A stretch of DNA of 57,718 nucleotides, the filler included, from Dimorphilus gyrociliatus (Eukaryota; Animalia; Annelida): the NCBI GenBank assembly GCA_904063045.1. It is 3 parts of 3 records of this genome, joined end to end, with 100 filler letters (N's around TTAATTAATTAA, not from the genome) between each part and the next. Parts side by side here need not be neighbours in the genome. Positions count along the whole stretch, not along the records: positions 46,429 to 57,718 come from CAJFCJ010000091.1; 2 more parts are not named here. The stretch is one strand, 5' to 3'. The position numbers and the translations under genes were made by a program. Positions 49,801 to 57,718 of this stretch are shown here, in pieces; the stretch's first letter is position 1; each line of letters opens with the position of its first letter. The notes under the pieces are model-generated. The model was not told the origin of the DNA. It saw nothing but the letters and a program-made list of their open reading frames with translations, and made no database searches.

Positions 49801-50929
49801 GTCTAAAAAAAGACCTAAATGTTCTTGCTTATATATATATAGATATATAAATAGTAAAAAAACGCCCATGTAACATAATGCTCATATCTGCAACAAAACA
49901 CCAGTACCTTTTAGAAAACAATAAATTATATTTATTTTTAGTCAATGCTTTTATTTTTATCAAAACTGGAAAAAAAAATAATGTTTAGAAAAGAAGATAG
50001 GATATGACTGAATAATTTGTAACTGACAATGAAAGAGCAAATTTAGCCTGATCAGTAATTATTGAATGGGTATTTCCGTTGGAAACTAACTTTTCTAACT
50101 TGTAATGGGACTGAATAGGACAAAAGGGAGGAGCAAACTATGATAAGGCTCATGGCTTTTCCATTTCCTCCATCCAGTAAACAATAATAAAACCAGTGTC
50201 ACAATATGTAAAATCAATAAGGGAAAAATTTGAAATAGGTATAATATTGCCTGAAGGGTTTGATTCATGCTATTTAATTTAACCCATTCAATGATACTTT
50301 GCAATTGTAATTAATTGATTTGGAATAAACTGTTATCTTAGTATTTACTATGTTTTAAAATTAGAAAGCTCGGTTTTTAATGTCAAAGGTCAATTCATAC
50401 TAAACAAATTAAACTACTAATTAATTAGCTGTAAATTTTCAGAAAAGATTTTAACATTTTTTGGAAAAAAAAGATGAGAAAATGATAAGGAATACAGGGA
50501 ATAGGTGAGGAGAATAAGCATATATATGTAATGTTTGGGGCTATAATATTTCAGTGCCAGGACATTTTAGCCTACATTGCTCAAAGTTCAATAAATTCAA
50601 CTGGACAAATGTTTAATGTTCCATTGTTTACTTATGAATGGTACTGTTCTATGTTTAAGACAACAGAGACTACTTTTTAAATACAATAAAATATACAGAA
50701 GAATTAGACTGGAAATATTGTGGGTTTTTATTTATTGCTGAATTTGTAACTGGTTTTGTTGGAGATGCAGTAATAGCTTAGGCTGGGAACTGCTACTTCA
50801 GATGGCAATTCCTTAATAGCTACACCAACCCTTAGCCAAATCCTAGTTACAAGTGTGTATGCAATTGTAGGATTACCAGTCTCTATTGATTGTGCTAATC
50901 CCTAACACTTAAGACCTAATCATTTTCTA

Positions 50930-51326
50930 TGTACTTTTCTGCTGGGGTTGTAAGTAAGTACTGATCCAAATAGAACCAAATTATGAGTAAGCCACTTAGA
51001 AGAGGGATGTAGAATTGATGAAGGATGAATATAGAACCAAAACGTAAGAATAATATAACTGTATTCTAAAGTAATACTAGACCTGTTCACTAAGGCAGTT
51101 GATTCAGGACTACCTACGCCCTTCTTTTACACAATTCCTTATCAGTTGTTTATGCCTTGGCTGTCAACAACAAGGGTCTAACCCCAGATAAGGATTGTTC
51201 ACAACAAACAGGGTCAAGGGTTATCATATTATGCAATAGTGATGTAAACAACAACAACTTTGTGTAGGTTACCCCTCAAGGGTCAATTGTTACATCATAT
51301 TCATGTAAATAAACACTTCTATAACA
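50930..51326 (-). repeat. Solo LTR-like repeat A
   Basis: Copy of 56573-57064; shares ggttctatttggatcagtact and the ...aaagtaca end with the long LTR. Confidence 0.6.
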
Positions 51327-51558
51327 AATTCAATCAAAACTTACAAGAAAGCTCTTCTTTTTATTACACTATGGATGAGTTGAAGAGAGAAAGTGACTTA
51401 ATTGGAGTTTATCAAAAGTTACTTTCAAATTTGTGATTGTACAACTTTGATTATATTTTACATGCTTGAACTCTATTATTTTATGCAACTTATACATGTA
51501 CATCTTAAAACCTACGCAAGAAAATGCTATAACATTGGCCTTCCTAAATGTTGAACCT

Positions 51559-51923
51559 TGTAACATCCTGTTACTAAACATAAATATGAACTACACATTT
51601 CGGCAACTGTAAAGTGATGATTGGATGTCAGAGGCAAACCTCAAAGTATATAAATCCTCACTATTCTCATTCTGCATGCAGCTTCCATCTGGACCCAAGG
51701 ACCTGGGAAGATAACCTGGAAACAACCTCCACTGGAACCATCCATCTACTCCTCAACATTGGAAGACAGTTTGGTAATTTGGCAACCTGCTATTACGAAC
51801 TATCTACTCTGCTATTGAACTCTCATATTGTTACTTGCTTAAGTATTATTATTGCAAAAAAACCGTTTTAATTTAAACATTTGTTTAAAGGTTCCAGTAG
51901 AACCAGTATTGTTATAACTTGCA
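51559..51923 (+). repeat. LTR-like repeat B
   Basis: Starts tgtaaca; TATA-like gtatataaa; diverged direct repeat of 54654-54999. Confidence 0.6.
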
Positions 51924-52044
51924 AAATGATATTTGTCAATGGATGGATTATGATGGTATACACAGTGACAAGAATTTGTAGGTATTAAGATAGAGAGAAG
52001 CAAATTTAGTTGTCTTCTATGAAAATCTTTTGTCTGAAAAGAAG

Positions 52045-52965
52045 TGTACTTTGTTGTATTGTAATTGTAGGAATTTCTGGTTCGTCACAACTGTAATCAT
52101 CCTTTCCAATCATTTACCAACTTGCCAAAGTACTGGTCCAAATAGAACCTTTAAAGTTCGTCCACAAATAGTCTAACAAAGGCAATTTCGGTAGAAATTG
52201 ATTAACAAAACACCAGTATTTCGTCCAAAGAATATGTATTGAGTAAAATGAGCTTCTAGTTCTAAACAAGCTAGTTTAAACAACTAAACTGAACTATCAA
52301 CTGTTAATTTTGTAGGGTTTATATACTCTTTTAAGGGTTGATAGTTCACAAATTTCAATGTTCACAAAAACAAAAGTAACATTTGAAGACAAAGAAAAGT
52401 TGTAAATATGGTCATGTTTTTATTGTTTTCCTCTTCTAAATAATAGTTGAATTTCGAAGGTTGGAGAGTTGCATAAGATGTAACAATTTTAGTAGGACAA
52501 GTCCAACAATGAAGAAAACATGTAGATTGTATATTTGACCGTTTTTATATTCTACCTTAATAATGATATTCAATTGATTGAGTTAGTAAATTTAGCATCA
52601 GCATATAAGGAGGAAGTATATCTGATTAATGCATGTTAAAAAGAACAGTATTGTGTATACAATACTGTTGAATAGTGAATATAATCTAAACTTAGAATTG
52701 AAGCATAATTGATAATTAATTGAACTAGTTTTAGTTCGAAATCATAAATGTATGGATTAATAAATTGTAATATTAATGCTAGGTTGCAAATAGCAAATAT
52801 TCTTTATATAATTCAATAGGTTTTATTACTGCATAATGTGTATGCACTGCCCTATGCGAAACTAGGTCACTACTGCTTATCTTTATCAGTGCTATCTGCA
52901 TAGTACAATACTGGTTCAATACTACTTCTCTATTGTAGAATATAGCTGACAAATGTATGTGTACA
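52045..52965 (-). mobile_element. Solo LTR of the env-bearing Gypsy element
   Basis: Near-identical reverse complement of 31260-32195 (one ~15-bp indel, scattered substitutions); flanks gaag / aaag may be a 4-bp TSD with one mismatch. Confidence 0.85.
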
Positions 52966-54193
52966 AAAGATATTAATGAAAATGGGTTTTGCATTATAAT
53001 TTTTGCAACAAATAAGCAAATTGAACTTCTTTCCTCAACTAAAACATGGTTTCTTGATAGAACCTTTAAACATGCCCATAATCCTTTTATACAAATATTC
53101 TCTATACATGGATTTTTGAAAAAAAATGACAAATTAAAACAAGTACCACTATTAAATGTGTTTATGTCTTCAAAAAAGAAAAAAGCATATAAACTGTTGT
53201 TTCAAGTAAGATGAAAGTTTTTCTAAATATATTCCAAAGGTGATTTTGAACTTTTTCAGACTGTTTGTGAATTAACAAATAATTATAAGCCAAAGAGATT
53301 TGTTATTGATTTTGAAAAGGCAATTTGGAAAGCAATTCTTTCTGTTTGGGAAAATGCAGAACTAGGTGGATGTCTATTTCATTGGTGTCAGGCTGTATTT
53401 AGAAAAATAAAGGTAGTAATTTTTTATGATATTTTAAGAATTTTTAATATTTAAAAAACACATTAGGAGCTTGGCTATAGTAGAGACTACAAAAATAAAA
53501 CAGGAGAATGGTATGCAATGAAGATGATATTAGCTCTTCCTTTTCTTCCCAGTAATATTATAAAACATCACTTTAAAAAGATTAAAACGAACTTAGCTGA
53601 GACTGGCAAATTAAATAATTTTGTGAAATACATGGAGGAAACATGGATAGATAATGATTTGTGGTCACCAAATAATTGGTCAGTGTTTAAAAGAGCTATT
53701 TGAACAAATAATGACTTTGAAGGTTTCCACAACAAATTCAACAGAAATTTGCAAGAAAATGCCTCATTTTATTGCATTGTGGATGAACTAAAAAGAGAAA
53801 GTGATCTAATTAATGTATATCAAAAGCTAATATCAGAAAAAAAGATTTGTAGGATGCAAAAAAAAATCTATGCCAACATTCAGAAGAAACTATATGAATA
53901 TTGGGATGAGTTTGAAAATGGTGATATTTGTGCAAGTGAGCTGTTGGAAAAATGTTCAGCAATTTATCATCCATGAATCTGTTTGTCATTTTTTATATTT
54001 ACTCTAAATGATTCTATTTGCTGAATACAATTGTAAAACCAGATTTATTCCTTCAGTTGTATTATTTCAATATAAAGTATTACAATTTCAAATGTATTTA
54101 AACAGCTTTGGTAAGTTTAATGTAATAGTTCAAAACAATGGGCGTTTTCAACAGGATAGTGGGCGTTTTCAACAATGGGCGTTTTCAACAACA
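52966..54193 (+). mobile_element. MULE (Mutator-like) transposase, 5'-truncated pseudogene with two introns and a terminal repeat
   Basis: IIIFAT...WFLDRTF (DGTF variant), IDFEKAI, GCLFHWCQAV, LALPFLP, YMEETWI, *TNNDFEGFHNK (premature TGA at 53701); ends in 3x gggcgttttcaaca at 54140-54193. Confidence 0.9.
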
Positions 54194-54653
54194 TCCTATC
54201 ATCAGAGTTATTTTTATTTAGAGAATTAAAAGGAGGGAGAACAAATATTCTTGATAAAGACAGACAAGGATGCTCAAGAACAGCCACTAACAATGAAAAT
54301 AAGCTCAAACTTTGTACAGTGGTTCGTTTGTCTCAGATCATACTTTGTACAAAATTTCAAGGAAATTGGAGAAGTTTGAAAATTATTCTTTTCTTGCTCA
54401 TTTATTTTATCAAGTGAAAAGAACATTGTACAACTTTCGTTCTATTCTATTCTTATTCTATACTACTATTATATATAACTTACTACAAACCAATGCAAGG
54501 AAATACAATAACATGTGGCCTAACACAGACCTTCTTGATCATACTTAAGGTTCATCCTAAGTACCACTTAAGTTTTGGCCACATTATGATTGATGAGCTT
54601 GTCTAAGGTTTTGGCCAAACTATGATTAATTAACTTTCTCAAGTGGGGAACTT

Positions 54654-54999
54654 TGTAACATATTGTTCTAGGACAAACATGAACTAGGTGAGTTCACAGC
54701 TGTAAAGTGGTGATTGGATGCTAGACAATAATCTTCAAGTATATAACTCCTCACTGCTTTACTCCAATTGGCTAACCTCAACCTGGGAGGATGAACTGGA
54801 ACCAACACCCACTGGGATCTTTCTACTTCCTCAACATTGGACACTAGTTTGGTAATTTGCCAACCTACTGTTACCCACTACTTACTCTGCTATTGAACTT
54901 TCATATTGTTACTTGCTTAAGTATTATTTTCAATAAACCACTTAAATTTAAACACTTTGTTTAAAGGTTCAAGTAGAACCAGTACTGTTATAAGTTACA
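54654..54999 (+). repeat. LTR-like repeat B' preceded by a PPT-like tract
   Basis: TGTAAC...GTTACA termini, tatataa and aataaa; aagtggggaa at 54641-54650. Confidence 0.65.
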
Positions 55000-55704
55000 A
55001 ACACATAAATTGGCAAGACCAAAGCAGTACAGTAATCATATTACAAGATTCACACAAGCCTCCACTCATTTCTGCTTCAATTAAATAAATAAATGAAATA
55101 TCTTAAAATCAATTGAATAATTACCTATACATGTATGATTGCAACAAATGCATTTCAATTTCATTTTGGGGAATGGTTCACAAAGATTGCAAATGTGCTG
55201 AGTTGGATCTTTAAAAAAGAGCTTATTAAATATAAATAGATATATCTATATATTAATGAAAAGATATCTACCTTTGAGACACTTTTGGTGGAGAAATTTT
55301 TTTCATTCAACACATTTTATCTTCTTTTGTCTACCATAAAATCAAATATCACTGTTTGGTCAAAGTGAAGCCATCTTTGAGTTGAGGATTTCCCTGGAAA
55401 AAATTGTAACAATCTATATATGAAAAAGACATTTTTTTAACATTAAAATTATACTCACAGTCTTTATAGGGTAAGCAAATATAACAATATTAAATTTTAC
55501 CTTTACACTTTCAAATCATGTAAACAGGAAGTAAGGGACTGCTTTCTTTGTCATGAAATACACCTGGTAATGCAGAGTTTGATATCTACCAGTTTTCTCA
55601 AAAGCAGAGTTTTAGTTTGCTAAGTATTGTAACTACAATAAAAGGTTTCTCATTTTACAGTATATATATTTCTTATACTTTCTTTTAAAAATGATAAAAC
55701 TTAC

Positions 55705-55819
55705 TGTTACCAAAAGGGGATGACTTTTCCCAAAAAAGAGGACAACTTTTCCCAAAAAAGGGGATGACTTTTCCCAGGGACGAGTTTTCCCAGGGACAAG
55801 TTTTCTGGCTCCCATTCTG
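55705..55819. repeat. MULE/MITE-type terminal repeat block (gga[c/t]ga[c/g]ttttccca)n
   Basis: Five degenerate ~16-22-bp units ending ttttctggctccc. Confidence 0.6.
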
Positions 55820-55829
55820 AAGTGCTCTC

Positions 55830-56030
55830 CATGTCCTTTTATTGTAAATGAAAAGCCATTGTGAATCATTAATGATTTTCCTTTTTGGCTTTCATTCTTG
55901 AAAATTTTAAATGCTTCACCATCATCTAAATTTCCTTCATACAAGTGAAATATTTTCTTGCATAGACTGCATATGCATTCATATTTTTTATATATTTTTG
56001 TTTGGCAAGAATAGCAAGAAGGAGCCATTT
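55830..56030 (-). pseudogene. PHD-like Zn finger plus start of a FLYWCH-like domain; probable 5' end of a second MULE gene
   Basis: CYSC...CSLCKKIFH followed by SQKGKSLMIHNGFSFT, then interrupted by the repeat block at 55819. Confidence 0.5.
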
Positions 56031-56439
56031 TGAAAGTGGTCTGATATAAAGTAGAACTTTCTGTTGAAATGCAATCAAAACTTTTCTGAAAAAAAAATGA
56101 TGACAAGAACAAAATCAGTTCTTTCTAAATATAAAATAAACAACCCTCTAATATGGCCATTAAACATGTTTAAATTATGAAATTTATGAATGTTACCTAA
56201 TGGTTTCCAACTGAAATAGTTTCAGTGAAATATACATTTTACAAAAGAAAACTGGTATATTATTTTAGTTGTGATATTATCACTTACAAACATTTAATTA
56301 TGTGTAGGTTTTGAGTAGTTAAAAATAATATAATTAAATACTAAAAATATGTACCTTATTAAATAAAACAAAAAGTAGCACCTAAGTCTTTTTTTTAACA
56401 ATTATTTTTTTTATTATCTATATAAAAGGTGGTTTTTGG

Positions 56440-56548
56440 CCATTTTCAGTCAGAGTTCTGGCTGTTTTCAATCATAGCTGTGGCTGTTTTTAACTGAGCT
56501 GTGGCTGTTTTAAACTCTGGCCGTTTTCAATCCTGGCCGTTTTCTATT
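56440..56548. repeat. Subterminal repeats (ggc[c/t]gttttca/aa)n, MULE-type end
   Basis: About six copies of ggctgtttt/ggccgtttt; similar to the gggcgttttcaa repeats at 54140. Confidence 0.6.
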
Positions 56549-56572
56549 GGTCCCAATATTTGTATATATATC

Positions 56573-57064
56573 TGTACTTTTCTGCTGGGGTTGTAGGTAA
56601 GTACTTTTACAAATAGAACCAAATTAGGAGTATGCCACTTAGAAGAGAGATGTAGAATTGAAGGAGGATGAATATAGAACCAAAATGTAAGAATAATGTA
56701 ACTGTATTCTAAAGTAGTAGACCTGTTCACTAAGGGAGTTGATTCAGGACTGAATGCCTGTTACTACCTATGCCCTAGTTTTATACAATTCCTTAACAGT
56801 TGTTTATGCCTCAGCTGTCAACAACAAGGGTTTAACCCCAGATAAGGAATGTTCACAACAAACAGGGTCAAGAGTTGTCAAATTATTCAAAAGTGATGTA
56901 AACAACAAGGGTCTAACCCCAGATAAGGGTTGTTCACAACAAATAGGGTCAAGTGTTATCATATTATGTAATATTGATGTAAACAACAACTTTGTACAGG
57001 TTATCCCCTCAAGTGTCAATTCTTACATCATATTTATGTAAATAAACACTTGTTGTTGTCAACA
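56573..57064 (-). repeat. Solo LTR-like repeat A' with an internal ~78-bp tandem duplication
   Basis: Aligns with 50930-51326; aacaacaagggt(t/c)taaccccagataagg unit occurs twice. Confidence 0.7.
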
Positions 57065-57479
57065 TGTTTGATTATGTAACATTTTATCCTTTGCCTATAA
57101 AAGGGGTTGGTTCTGGCAGTTTGGTGCCATCTACCCTAGGGCCAACATCTACTTCAACACTTCTACCTTATGGAAATTTATGCAGACTACTTTATATATG
57201 CACCAAAACTTTTCATATTAACATCTCTTTGTCTAATCCTGTAGTTTAATTCTTGATGTTTTTGGTGTAACAAAATGTTATTTATTAATCCTTAAATAAA
57301 CTATGCACTTCAGTGATTTCTTATTTAAATGCATTTTATATTGCAAACCTTTTTCTTTCCTAAATTCTTTTCATAAGACAGAATTGTCACATTCCCATGT
57401 GTCATTCTATAACACTACTTTCTGTTTGATATCAAACATTCTTTCCATAGGATATTTATTCCATGGGATGTTCATTACT

Positions 57480-57695
57480 GGTCCTTCTCTTATTGCTACT
57501 TGCTTGTAACATTTTGAATAAACCAATTTCAATTAAACATTTGTTCAAAGGTTTGAGTTTACCCAGTGTTGTTGTAACTTACAAACTAATAAATTTGACA
57601 AGCAAGAGCAGTACAATATTTCAATCTAACAATCTAAAATAATCTGGAATATAAACCCCATTACCAAAAATGTACAATACACTACAATACAAAGT
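57480..57695 (+). repeat. Diverged 3' part of a B-type LTR
   Basis: ttgctacttgctt...aataaacc...ttaaacatttgttcaaagg...ccagtg aligns with 51830-51920 and 54905-55030. Confidence 0.5.
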
Positions 57696-57718
57696 CCAAA
57701 AACAGTCAAATACCAATT

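Noticed and set aside
50095-50304. Hydrophobic ORF as the first exon of gene D
   Set aside because: A closer signal-peptide exon with a suitable splice donor exists at 49800-49692.
56804-56960. Repeated aacaacaagggt.taaccccagataagg units resembling a CRISPR repeat
   Set aside because: Only two units, the intervening sequences are homologous (a 78-bp tandem duplication), eukaryotic context and no cas genes.

Overview
AT-rich eukaryotic (metazoan) scaffold segment with short GT-AG introns, joined across two 100-bp assembly gaps. The compact gene style and TTAGGG-type motifs suggest a small-genome lophotrochozoan (inference only). Host genes: (1) five paralogous multi-exon receptor genes sharing a signal peptide and a degenerate SRCR-like N-terminus. 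The complete ones read SRCR-like - C-type lectin - LDLa repeats - LRR - 7TM (GRL101/LGR type C-like); only the copy at 7492-13641 keeps a canonical 7TM. (2) An intronless RNI-like LRR gene. (3) An Ig-domain gene with a probable GPI signal. (4) A broken gene resembling metazoan SecA-like proteins. Mobile DNA: a Ty3/Gypsy element whose integrase reads in frame into an envelope glycoprotein with a class III fusogen-like pattern; its ~936-bp LTR and a near-identical solo LTR next to a MULE transposase; an internally deleted Tc1; a decayed mariner; intronic mini-MITEs carrying telomere-like repeats; an OTU protease fragment; an orphan intronless ORF flanked by 182-bp repeats; and a structurally complete minimal type I hammerhead ribozyme at 36922-36990. 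Many reading frames carry 1-bp shifts, which may be real decay or assembly indels. All domain calls come from motifs read by eye; no database searches were run, and multi-exon boundaries are approximate.
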